From Polyangiales bacterium (lineage in GTDB: Bacteria > Myxococcota_A > Polyangia > Polyangiales > Polyangiaceae), in contig JBBRNJ010000009.1 in NCBI GenBank assembly GCA_038230375.1, positions 1 through 64,000 of the forward strand: 64,000 nt of DNA. Direction: 5' to 3'. The notes beneath the pieces are model-generated. The model saw nothing but the letters and a program-made list of their open reading frames with translations, was not told where the DNA came from and did no database searches. A program made the translations under genes and the position numbers. Each line of letters starts with the position of its first letter. Position 1 is the first letter of the stretch. Below, piece by piece: positions 17,870-26,615 of this stretch.

Positions 17870-20866
17870 TCAGTATGGAACGGCGGCCAGGAAATAGAAC
17901 TTGTCCGTGCCAAGGGACTGGAAGCCGTGCGCGTAGCCGAGCCGGAAGATGAACTGGGCGATGTAGCCCATCGTGGTCTCGAACTGGATCTCCGCGCCCG
18001 ACCCGAGCTTGAACTTCGCGTCGTTCGCGTCGTTGAAGGCGGTCCCCCAGTCGGAGAAGACGTCGCCCGTGATGCGGTTCAGGAACACGGGAAGCGTGGA
18101 GAGCCCGCGATCGATGTTGGCTATCGGAAAGCGATACTCCGCATTGATGAGCCCGTACGTGCTGCCGTACTGCGCGACCACTGGATAACCGCGCAGCACG
18201 TAGCCGCCCTGGATCAGCTGATTTCGCAGCGTGTCGACGAGCGGAAACTCCGTGAAGCCGCCCAGGAAGAACGCGCCGCGCCCCGGGTACGTGCCGCTCG
18301 ATGTGCCCGCGCCCAGGTGCAGCGCCACGGAATGGTGCCGGAGCCACGGCATCAGGAAGTAGCGCGTGAGATCCGTGGCGACGACGTAGCCAGTGTAGTC
18401 GCTCGCGAGCATGGGGTCCGTCAGATCGAAGGTGACGCCGAGCGACATGCCGCGCTCCGGTCCCACGCCCCACAGGTAGCGCTCCGCATCGGAATAACTG
18501 TACCCTACATGCAACGAGCCGACGGTGCCGCGCGTAGGGAACGAGGGCGTCTCGTACGGGTCCAGCGACGTGCGCGGATAGTTCAGGTTCGCGCCGATGC
18601 GCGCAAAGGAGTACGACGCCGCGAACGACTGCGCGTCGAAGGCGCGAGGCAGCCCGTAGCTCACGGCCGTGGTCACGCCCACGGTCTCCTGCGTCACGGT
18701 GGGCGCAGTGGTGGAGCCGAACGTGATGCCGGGATGCGGCGAGATGAGCCGGTACCCGCTGGCGCTCACGTCGAACGGAAGACGCCCGTACGCATAGGAC
18801 AGGCTGCCTTGAAGCTCCGGGTGCTCCAGGTCCGACAGCGCGGTCGCGGAGATCGCGTGGATGCCGGTCAGATCGGAGCTGGCCACGGTGAGCGTTGCTG
18901 TCTCGTTGCCGAACGCGCCCGGTGCAACGCCGAACGTGTACGCGCGTGGCCACAGCGTGCGGAGCGGCTGGTACGGCTCGGGCTTGCCCATCTCCTTCCG
19001 CGTGAGCACGGGCGGACTGGGGCGATCATCCACGTAGGGCTCCGCCGGAAGCCACGCGTCCTTCGACAGCGCCATGACGGAGATGTCGAAGCCCACGACG
19101 CTGTAGCTGGCGTACGCGAGCCACTGTCCGTCCGGCGAGACCTCGGCCTGATACGCGCCGGTGAGCACATTCGTGACCTGGAAGAGGTCGTGGGTGTCGC
19201 GGTCCCACGCGTAGACGTTCATGATGCCGGTGCGGTCAGAAGAGAAGAAGACGTACTTGCCGTCGGGCGAGAAGCTGGGCGCGCCGTCGAGCGCGCGATC
19301 GTGCGCGATCTCCTGGAACGAGCCGTCGTTCGTGTCGACGATGCGGATGTCGCGAAAGCCGCCGTACGTCCACACGCTGTACGCCACGTAGCGGCCGTCC
19401 GGCGAGAAGCGCGGCGTGAACACCTGCTCGAATTTGTCGCTGGGCACCAGCGTGTGCACGTCCTGGAGCACGTGCGGCTCCGAGGCGACGCTTGCGACCT
19501 GCAGGTATCTGGTGCCGCGGTGGTTCGTGGTGAAGACAATGCGACGACCATTCTTGTCCACGTCGGGCTCGAACGCGCGGAAGCCCTTCGTCATGCGGTT
19601 GCGCGCGGGCTCGATGCCGTTCGGGCTGGCCTGGTTGGGTGGCAGGCTGAAGAGATCGCCGAATGAGAAGATGTTGTTGAAGACGTCCACGGAGTTGAAG
19701 AACGTCTCGCCCGTGCGCGTGAAGCTGACGGCCGTATCGCCCGAGCTGCGAACCGCAAGCCTGCGCGCGCGTGTATCGGGAGTGACTGCCCCGTTGGGCC
19801 CGAGCGTGAGCGGTAGCGTGTGGATGCCCGCGCGATCGTCGCCGTCTTCCGCGTAGTACGCGAGCGTGGGACCGTGCGCGCCGAGCACACCCTCCGGCAC
19901 CCACCGTGGATGCGTGGCCGTCTGGCCGTGACGCGTGACGCGCACGCCTTCGCGCAGGCCCTTCTTCTTCACCGCGTCGGCGACCGCCCCGTACTCGCGG
20001 CGCATGGACTGGACCCATGCAGGATACAACTGTTCGAACGTGCGACCGGTGGAGCGACGGATGGAGCGGTTGATGCCCCACGGGATCACGTTGCCGCCGT
20101 AGTCGTGCGCCATCTGCCGCAGCGCCTCTTCGCCATAGGTCTCCGCGATCCAGCCGAGAAAATACGAGCCGTAGAGGTACCAGATGTTGCCCTGCGGGAA
20201 GCGGCGCACCGTGTTGGAGAACTGGTCCAGCGTGGCGACGTTGTTGTTGAGGACGTCGGTGCGCATCCACATGTTCCACTCCGAAGAGCGGAGGCGGCCG
20301 GCGCTGGTGCGCGCGCTCTCGTGGTAGACGGCGAGCCCTTCCAGTAGCCAACGCGGCTGCACCTGGTTCGGCGCATACGTCTTTCCAAGCACCGCGTTGA
20401 TGAGCGCCGGGATGCCGCGGATGTGGTCCGTGTGGAGGATGTGCGTGAACTCGTGCGTGACGAGCTCCAGGTACCAGTCGTCCACGTCGCCCAGCGCCGA
20501 CAGGTCATCGGGCGCGGTGATGTAGAGGCGCACGGCGTTGTATGGCAGCGCAGTGGCGGAGCCGTTCGCCGCGTCCGTGGGATCCGAGAGCAAGATCTCC
20601 GTAGGGGTGGAGGGCTCCCAGCCCACGTCGGTGGAGAGCTCCTGGAAGATGTTCTCGGCAATCGCGGCGACGTGCTCACCGACCTCACGCGACTGGGATG
20701 AGTACGTGACGTTGAAGTGCTTCGTGTGGATGGTCTGGTAGATGATGTGCGGGTCGGAGGCCGCGCGCGCGTCTCCTGCCGTTGCGACCATGAGGCCGCC
20801 TCCGAGACACAGCCCGAGCAAGGCTGGAAGGAGCGCGCGTGCCGCGTCAGTCGTAGATGAACGCAT
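17870..20866 (-). CDS. HExxH metallopeptidase + PD40 beta-propeller + Omp85/BamA-like barrel
   Basis: HEFTH...WLLEGLA; repeated FSPDG; LRGY..INAEYRFP and C-terminal barrel strands. Confidence 0.85.
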   Translation of the reverse strand: MRSSTTDAARALLPALLGLCLGGGLMVATAGDARAASDPHIIYQTIHTKHFNVTYSSQSREVGEHVAAIAENIFQELSTDVGWEPSTPTEILLSDPTDAANGSATALPYNAVRLYITAPDDLSALGDVDDWYLELVTHEFTHILHTDHIRGIPALINAVLGKTYAPNQVQPRWLLEGLAVYHESARTSAGRLRSSEWNMWMRTDVLNNNVATLDQFSNTVRRFPQGNIWYLYGSYFLGWIAETYGEEALRQMAHDYGGNVIPWGINRSIRRSTGRTFEQLYPAWVQSMRREYGAVADAVKKKGLREGVRVTRHGQTATHPRWVPEGVLGAHGPTLAYYAEDGDDRAGIHTLPLTLGPNGAVTPDTRARRLAVRSSGDTAVSFTRTGETFFNSVDVFNNIFSFGDLFSLPPNQASPNGIEPARNRMTKGFRAFEPDVDKNGRRIVFTTNHRGTRYLQVASVASEPHVLQDVHTLVPSDKFEQVFTPRFSPDGRYVAYSVWTYGGFRDIRIVDTNDGSFQEIAHDRALDGAPSFSPDGKYVFFSSDRTGIMNVYAWDRDTHDLFQVTNVLTGAYQAEVSPDGQWLAYASYSVVGFDISVMALSKDAWLPAEPYVDDRPSPPVLTRKEMGKPEPYQPLRTLWPRAYTFGVAPGAFGNETATLTVASSDLTGIHAISATALSDLEHPELQGSLSYAYGRLPFDVSASGYRLISPHPGITFGSTTAPTVTQETVGVTTAVSYGLPRAFDAQSFAASYSFARIGANLNYPRTSLDPYETPSFPTRGTVGSLHVGYSYSDAERYLWGVGPERGMSLGVTFDLTDPMLASDYTGYVVATDLTRYFLMPWLRHHSVALHLGAGTSSGTYPGRGAFFLGGFTEFPLVDTLRNQLIQGGYVLRGYPVVAQYGSTYGLINAEYRFPIANIDRGLSTLPVFLNRITGDVFSDWGTAFNDANDAKFKLGSGAEIQFETTMGYIAQFIFRLGYAHGFQSLGTDKFYFLAAVPY

Positions 20867-21779
20867 CGCGGGGATCGTCCGGTGGAACGATCACGTCCTC
20901 CAGGTAGTCTGGCGTGAGCAGGCGTGCCGCCGCGGATGCATCCCTCACCTCACGCTCGAACCCGGGAAGGTCGATGCCAGGCAGAAGGAAACAGCCGCGC
21001 TCGAGCGGGGCAAAGAAGGCGTCGTGGTGCGAAGGAAGCACGAGCTTGGGCGCGAGGTGCTCGATGAGCCGACGCGTGTAGTTCCGCGTGGCGCGGCGGC
21101 CCGCCAGCCCGCAGAGCAGCACGTCCGCGTGAACACCCTTGAGCTCTGCGTCCACGAGGTCCGCGCTGCCGTTGTGATAGATGCCCACGCCCGCGCACGT
21201 GAGATGGATGCCGTACGCGCCGCCCATCTTGTAGTGGAACGCGCGCGGCGTTCGTGAGGGCGCGACGTCCACCTTGCCGGGCAGCTGCGGGACCTTGAAC
21301 GGACCGAGCTTGATCTTGCCGTGGACGCTGGGGACGAACCGCACGTCGATGTCACCGATCCTGAGCGTGCATCCTTCGGGCGGGACCACGGCGAGCTTGT
21401 CCTCGGAGACGCCTTCGCGGCGGCCCCACGCGCACGTGGAGCTGGAGCCGATGAGGCGCGCGCCGGTCTTCTTCGCGATGCGCGGCGCATCGAGGATGTG
21501 GTCGTAGTGGCTGTGCCCGCACAGGATTGCGTCGACCTGATCCGGGATGTGCTTGTCGATCGCCACGTCGCGCGCGTCCAGCGGCAACAGCGCCACGTCC
21601 AGGAGCGAGTGGCGCGAGACGAACGGGTCGATGAGGACGGTGGTCTTCTCGGTCTTGATCACGTAGCCAGCAGTGCCGAGCCAGCGAATGACGAGCGGCC
21701 GCTGTCCACGGCCCCGCGGACGGAGCGCGGAGCGCGGCACGAACCTGTGGAAGACGCGCTCGTAGAGGCCCGTGGCCAT
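20847..21779 (-). CDS. MBL-fold metallo-hydrolase
   Basis: WLGTAG, LIDPF, HSHYDH, PSHHD. Confidence 0.9.
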   Translation of the reverse strand: MATGLYERVFHRFVPRSALRPRGRGQRPLVIRWLGTAGYVIKTEKTTVLIDPFVSRHSLLDVALLPLDARDVAIDKHIPDQVDAILCGHSHYDHILDAPRIAKKTGARLIGSSSTCAWGRREGVSEDKLAVVPPEGCTLRIGDIDVRFVPSVHGKIKLGPFKVPQLPGKVDVAPSRTPRAFHYKMGGAYGIHLTCAGVGIYHNGSADLVDAELKGVHADVLLCGLAGRRATRNYTRRLIEHLAPKLVLPSHHDAFFAPLERGCFLLPGIDLPGFEREVRDASAAARLLTPDYLEDVIVPPDDPRDAFIYD

Positions 21780-21804
21780 GGGCCGGCAGTGTACCATCTG
21801 TGCC

Positions 21805-22575
21805 GTGACGATCGTCTACGCACACCGCGGCGCGCGCGTGGAGCTACCCGAGAATACGATGCCGGCGTTCAAGCGCGCGCTCGAGCTCCGGGCCGATGCC
21901 CTGGAGATCGACTGCCACATGACGAAGGACGGCGTGGTCGTGGTCTCGCACGACCCCACGGGCGAGCGCATGGCCGGCGTCACGCGGGCGATCAAGGACG
22001 AGAGCTTCGCCAGTGTGCGGGAGTGGGACGTGGCGCGAGGCTTCCACCCGAAAGCGGGCGCGCCCCCCATCGATGGCGAGGTGCGGTTTCGCGTACCGGA
22101 GCTCGCCGAGGTGCTCTCGGAGCTTCCTGACGTCTATCTCAACATCGACGCAAAGCAGGTCGAGCCGGACATGATTCCAGCGCTCCTCCGCGTGCTCCGC
22201 GCACACGACGCGACGAAGCGCGTGCGGCTCGCGAGCTTCTCGGACGCAAACCTGCGACGCATCCGCCGGCTGGGCTACGAAGGGGAGACCAGCCTCGGTC
22301 CGCAGGAGATCGCGATGGTGCGCGCGCTGCCTGAGGCATTGCTGCGCCGGATGAACCTGACAGGGAAGCGCGCTCAGATCCCGAGAAAACAAGGCCCGAT
22401 CGCGCTGGACACGAAGGGCTTCATCGCAAAGTGCCACGCGCTGGGGATCGGCGTGGACTACTGGACCATCAACGATCCCGAAGAGGCGATGGAGCTCTCG
22501 CGACGCGGCGCCGACGGCGTTGTCACCGACGATGCACGCGCAATCATCCCCGCGCTCGCGAGCACGAAGACCTAG
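21805..22575 (+). CDS. glycerophosphodiester phosphodiesterase
   Basis: AHRG..PENT, EID, SHD, WTIND, GVVTD. Confidence 0.92.
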   Translation: MTIVYAHRGARVELPENTMPAFKRALELRADALEIDCHMTKDGVVVVSHDPTGERMAGVTRAIKDESFASVREWDVARGFHPKAGAPPIDGEVRFRVPELAEVLSELPDVYLNIDAKQVEPDMIPALLRVLRAHDATKRVRLASFSDANLRRIRRLGYEGETSLGPQEIAMVRALPEALLRRMNLTGKRAQIPRKQGPIALDTKGFIAKCHALGIGVDYWTINDPEEAMELSRRGADGVVTDDARAIIPALASTKT

Positions 22576-23639
22576 AGATCGTCGTGGAAGAGGGGCTCGC
22601 GGTTGCGCACGTAGCGATAGACGAGCTGGCGCGCCTCTGGCGTGATCTGCGTGAACTGCGCGCCGAAGCCCGGCGGCGCGTCGCTGCCGTCGCTGGCCTC
22701 GCGCGCCCACTTCACCACGGCGTTCGCCTCGAACTCGTAGCCGCCCGGGAGGGAGACCTTGAGCCGGACCGGCGTTCCGATCTTCGGGACCATGTACGTG
22801 GACACGAAGAGCCCGCCGTGATCGATGATGTCGTTGCCAGAGAGGCCCTTGAAGAAGTTCGTCACGCTGTGCGCGCCGAGCTCCGCGTTGAAGAGCTGAC
22901 CGCCACCAGGCGCGGCGTTGTGCGCAGGCGATGGACCTTGTTGCGGAGCGGCGGCCGGCGCGCGCTGCTGCTGCTGCGGCGGCGCGAATGGATCGCCAAC
23001 GGCCTGAGCGACCTGCGTGGGCGCGAACGCCGCGGCCTGCTGCTGCGGCGGAGGAGCGTACGCCTGCTGCACCGGCTGCGTCCCCGCGGGACGCTGCTGC
23101 TGTTGAGGGGCTTGCTGCTGGGGCTGCTGCTGCTGGGGCTGCTGCGCGAACAGCGGCGGCTGCGGCTGCTGCTGAGGGACGAACGCGGGCTGCTGGGGCG
23201 CCATCTGTTGCTGGGGCTGTTGGGGCTGCTGCGGCTGCGGCTGCTGCGCTTGCTGGGGAAACGACGGCTGCGACGGCTGACGCTGCGCCTGCCCTTGAAC
23301 GGCGGCGGCCGCGGGACCTTGCGCCATCTTCGTCAGCTGATGGACCTGCCCGAGCGACGCGGCGACCGCTTCGAGTGCAGCAGCGACGGCTGGATGCCCC
23401 TGCGGGTTGGTCTGCAGCGCCGCGAGCGCGCTGCGCGTGTTGTTGAGCGCGAGATCGGCGTGGGGCTGCATCTGCGTCCCATTCGACTTCTCGATCTGGT
23501 GGAGCGCACCCATGGCCTGCGCGATCGGCGCCGCGAGCTCCACCAGTGCGGCGGGAACGGAGGGATCGGACTGTAGCGCCTGCAGCCCCCTTGCGAGTGA
23601 TTCACGCGCGATGCGGGCAGTGGTGACGGGGTCGGACAC
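22572..23639 (-). CDS. helical N-domain + Gln/Pro-rich linker + TIGR02266/PilZ-like domain
   Basis: AGGAG RBS before GTG; GGLFVST, A-VKW, PGFGAQF, REPLFHD. Confidence 0.8.
   Translation of the reverse strand: MSDPVTTARIARESLARGLQALQSDPSVPAALVELAAPIAQAMGALHQIEKSNGTQMQPHADLALNNTRSALAALQTNPQGHPAVAAALEAVAASLGQVHQLTKMAQGPAAAAVQGQAQRQPSQPSFPQQAQQPQPQQPQQPQQQMAPQQPAFVPQQQPQPPLFAQQPQQQQPQQQAPQQQQRPAGTQPVQQAYAPPPQQQAAAFAPTQVAQAVGDPFAPPQQQQRAPAAAPQQGPSPAHNAAPGGGQLFNAELGAHSVTNFFKGLSGNDIIDHGGLFVSTYMVPKIGTPVRLKVSLPGGYEFEANAVVKWAREASDGSDAPPGFGAQFTQITPEARQLVYRYVRNREPLFHDDL
22965..23300 (-). repeat. CAG/CCC-rich low-complexity coding repeat (poly-Q/P)
   Basis: Runs of ctgctgctg and ggggctgctg on the + strand. 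Confidence 0.8.
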
Positions 23640-23664
23640 GGGACTCTCCTTGAGAGCACCGATG

Positions 23665-24573
23665 CTATGGCAAAGCGATCGCGTTTGCCACGATCTCGGA
23701 GAGGCCACGCTCGCCGAGCAAAACCTCCTCGTCTCCGTCCTCCACGGGCTCCACGCGCCCGGCGAGTAGCTGAACACCCGAATCCCCCGCGCGCACTGCG
23801 GCGGTGCCATCGGCAAGGACCGTGGCTTCTCCGGGTAGGAGCACCTTGGGGATCTTCGTCGTGACCGCGGCCCGCGTGATGGTCACGGCGCGGTCGCCAA
23901 TGAACGTGAACACGCCGGGCCACGGGCTTGCAGCGCGCACGCGGCGAACGATGCGCTCGGCCGTCCACGTCCAATCGAGCTCGAGATCGTCCTCCTCCGG
24001 GGCGTTGGCGAGCGTCGCGTGGCGCTCGTCTTGTGGTTCCTCTCGGGGAGGGCAGCCTCGCGCGAACGCGGCCGTCACGTCGCGGAGCAGTGCGAGGGAC
24101 GGGCGATCGAGCTTCTTTGCAAGCGTCCAGGCGCTCCACCAAGGCTCGATGTATAGTACACGTTTCCCGACCATCGCTCCCGTGTCGTACTCGTCCGCGA
24201 GGCGGTGCGCGGTCACGCCGGTCTCGGTGTCGCCGGAATCGATGGCCCAGAAGAACGGGTCGCTGCCACGATGCCGCGGCAAGAGCGACGGGTGCACGCC
24301 GACTGTCCCCAGCGGGAAGCTGTCGCGCAGTGCCCTGGGGATCTTCTTCGTCCAGTACCAGCTCACGCAGAGCTCGGCGCCAGCGTCGCGGATGCGCGCC
24401 TGCGTCTTCGCGGTGTCAAGGTTGGGCACGATCTCCACGCGGCCCGGCAGCGCGCGCCACAGCCGACGCGTGCCAAGCGCGGCCTTCCTGCACACGCCAG
24501 CGTAGACGATCTCGTGACCATCACGCAGGAGCAGCAGCGCCGCGAGCGGAAGCCCGAAGAACGCTACGCGCAC
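23665..24573 (-). CDS. Fmt-like formyltransferase/hydrolase
   Basis: HPSLLPRHRG, GVTAH, DTG, C-terminal RVRAASPWPG domain. Confidence 0.85.
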   Translation of the reverse strand: MRVAFFGLPLAALLLLRDGHEIVYAGVCRKAALGTRRLWRALPGRVEIVPNLDTAKTQARIRDAGAELCVSWYWTKKIPRALRDSFPLGTVGVHPSLLPRHRGSDPFFWAIDSGDTETGVTAHRLADEYDTGAMVGKRVLYIEPWWSAWTLAKKLDRPSLALLRDVTAAFARGCPPREEPQDERHATLANAPEEDDLELDWTWTAERIVRRVRAASPWPGVFTFIGDRAVTITRAAVTTKIPKVLLPGEATVLADGTAAVRAGDSGVQLLAGRVEPVEDGDEEVLLGERGLSEIVANAIALP

Positions 24574-24574
24574 A

Positions 24575-25702
24575 TCACGTCGCGGGAGGAGGAGCCGGCA
24601 CGGCCACCGTCGCTGAGCCACCTTCTTCGCCGAGCTGGCGGAGCAGGGCCTGGCGCATCGCGTTCTCGACCAACGTCCAGAGCTGCGCGCGGTCGGTGGA
24701 GCGGCCGAGGAAGCCAATGGGGATGCGGAAGCCACCCTTGTCGCGACGTCCGCCGCCGTATGCGCGCCCGCGGTCGTCCATACCGAACGCGGACTCGAGC
24801 CACGCACCAGGATCGACGCTGGCGGAGTGCGTGCGTAGCGAGCCTTCGATGTGGCGCTCGCCGACGACGCCGTAGACGATGACGGTGTCGATGTCCTCCC
24901 GACGCACGAGGAAATCCGCGGCCTGCGCGATGGTGTCGCGATCCGAGTCCGGGACGAAGCCAACACCGGCCATCGCGAAGTTGCGGCGGACCACGAGGGT
25001 GGCAAGCGCGCGTGCGATGGTGTCCATGGCGGACGGCGCGATCAGCCTGCGCGAGAGATCGCTCAGGAGGTCGCGGTCGGCGATGTCCGCAAGGTAGGCG
25101 GATGCACGGAAATCGACCGCGCGACCGAGCGAGAAATCGTCCGTGTCCGTGGCGAGGCCATGCATGAGCGCGGTCGCAACGCGGCGGTCGTCTTCCTGAT
25201 CGGCGTCGAGCGGAGCGAGCTCCGAGAGGTACTCGGTGAAGATGGTCGCCGTGGCGCCCACGTCGTGGCGAAGGTCCACGAAGCGAGCCTTTGGCGGCGC
25301 GTTCGCGCGGTGGTGGTCGACGATGGTGAGGACCTCGAGACCCTCGGCGTCGGCGAGGTCGGGGTCGACGTCGTGCGAGTCGACGAGCGCGATGTAGTCG
25401 ACCTGGCCCGCGTCCTTCACGCTCTTCAGCTTCTTCAGATCCAGGTTCAGCAGCTTCACGAGCGCGCGGTTTTCACGGTGCGAGAGCTCGTGGCTGTAGC
25501 CGATGGTGACCTTGGCGACCCCCAGGCGCAGCGCGATGTGCGCCTGCGCGAGAGCCGAAGCGATGCCATCCGGATCGGGATGCCCGCGCAGCGCCACGAG
25601 GAGGTGCTTCCCCTTCGCGGCGGAGAGCGCTTCCGCGAACGCGCGTGGTTTGTCGACCGGACTTGGTGCTGCAACCTGCAAACGTCGAACCTGGTCATTC
25701 AT
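24575..25702 (-). CDS. DHH/DHHA1 family phosphoesterase
   Basis: HPDPD, VD, VDHH, TDT, SLRT, GGG. Confidence 0.9.
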   Translation of the reverse strand: MNDQVRRLQVAAPSPVDKPRAFAEALSAAKGKHLLVALRGHPDPDGIASALAQAHIALRLGVAKVTIGYSHELSHRENRALVKLLNLDLKKLKSVKDAGQVDYIALVDSHDVDPDLADAEGLEVLTIVDHHRANAPPKARFVDLRHDVGATATIFTEYLSELAPLDADQEDDRRVATALMHGLATDTDDFSLGRAVDFRASAYLADIADRDLLSDLSRRLIAPSAMDTIARALATLVVRRNFAMAGVGFVPDSDRDTIAQAADFLVRREDIDTVIVYGVVGERHIEGSLRTHSASVDPGAWLESAFGMDDRGRAYGGGRRDKGGFRIPIGFLGRSTDRAQLWTLVENAMRQALLRQLGEEGGSATVAVPAPPPAT

Positions 25703-25865
25703 CTGGATCGCGTGAATTGTGGACCCATTCGCAGCTCGGCGTCGAGTGAATCGCGAACATTGGCGTAGCTGGTGGTCGTAGTCGGCCGTCGGAAAAACCC
25801 ATGACAGATGCGCGCTGTCCACCTAACTGCCCGCGTGGTCCGGGGATTTGGCCCGGGCGCCGCCA

Positions 25866-25881
25866 TGGCCACGTTCTTGCT
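25866..25881 (+). promoter_or_regulatory. candidate sigma54 promoter
   Basis: TGGCCACGTTCTTGCT matches TGGC-N7-TTGC (GG-N10-GC). Confidence 0.55.
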
Positions 25882-25948
25882 TTTAAGCGTCATCGCCGCG
25901 ATTCCGCATGCCTCACGAGCGCGGAGTCGATGTACATTGCGGGCTCCC

Positions 25949-26590
25949 ATGCATCCCCGAATCGCACTCTCCACAAGGCTCGCAACCATCTCCCTCTTCG
26001 CCGCGCTCGCGGGAATCGCCGGCGCTGCAGCGCAAGGTTGCGGTCCCGACAAGCCTGCAGACGCGCCGACAGGCACCAGCGGAACGGCGACCGTCGCGAG
26101 CACGGCGCCCAGCGCGACGACAGCGATGACCGCCACAGCGCCCACCGGCGATCCGGCCGCGAAGGCCCGTATGGATGCGGTGAAGGCATCGCCGCTCGCA
26201 TCACCGGTCACCGGCGCCGGCAAGGACGACATGAACGCGCGCGCGCTGGTGGACACGGCGGCGTGGTTTGCGGCCGGGCTCTCGGCCGACGGTCCGTACT
26301 ACAAGGCCACGCTCGCGGAGAAGGGCATAGCCCACGTCGAAATGACGCTGAAGGCCGGCAAGTGCTACGTGCTGGTGGGCTTCGCGAAGCTCGGCACGAT
26401 CGTCGACTACGACCTTGCGATCCTCAAGGCCTCCGGTGAGAAGGTGGCAGAGGACGACGACGACGACGCGTCGCCCACGATCGGCAAGCCGCCGATGTGC
26501 CCCACCGAGGACACCACGTACACCGTCGAGCTGAAGTCCGACAAGGGCGCCGGCGACGCCGTCGTGCAGCTCTTCTCGAAGGCGAAGTAA
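25949..26590 (+). CDS. lipoprotein with PPC-like beta-sandwich domain
   Basis: AQG-C lipobox; GKCY..DYDL..VAED..CP..YTV. Confidence 0.7.
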   Translation: MHPRIALSTRLATISLFAALAGIAGAAAQGCGPDKPADAPTGTSGTATVASTAPSATTAMTATAPTGDPAAKARMDAVKASPLASPVTGAGKDDMNARALVDTAAWFAAGLSADGPYYKATLAEKGIAHVEMTLKAGKCYVLVGFAKLGTIVDYDLAILKASGEKVAEDDDDDASPTIGKPPMCPTEDTTYTVELKSDKGAGDAVVQLFSKAK

Positions 26591-26615
26591 GCCGCGATTT
26601 GCGAGCCGTGAGCTG

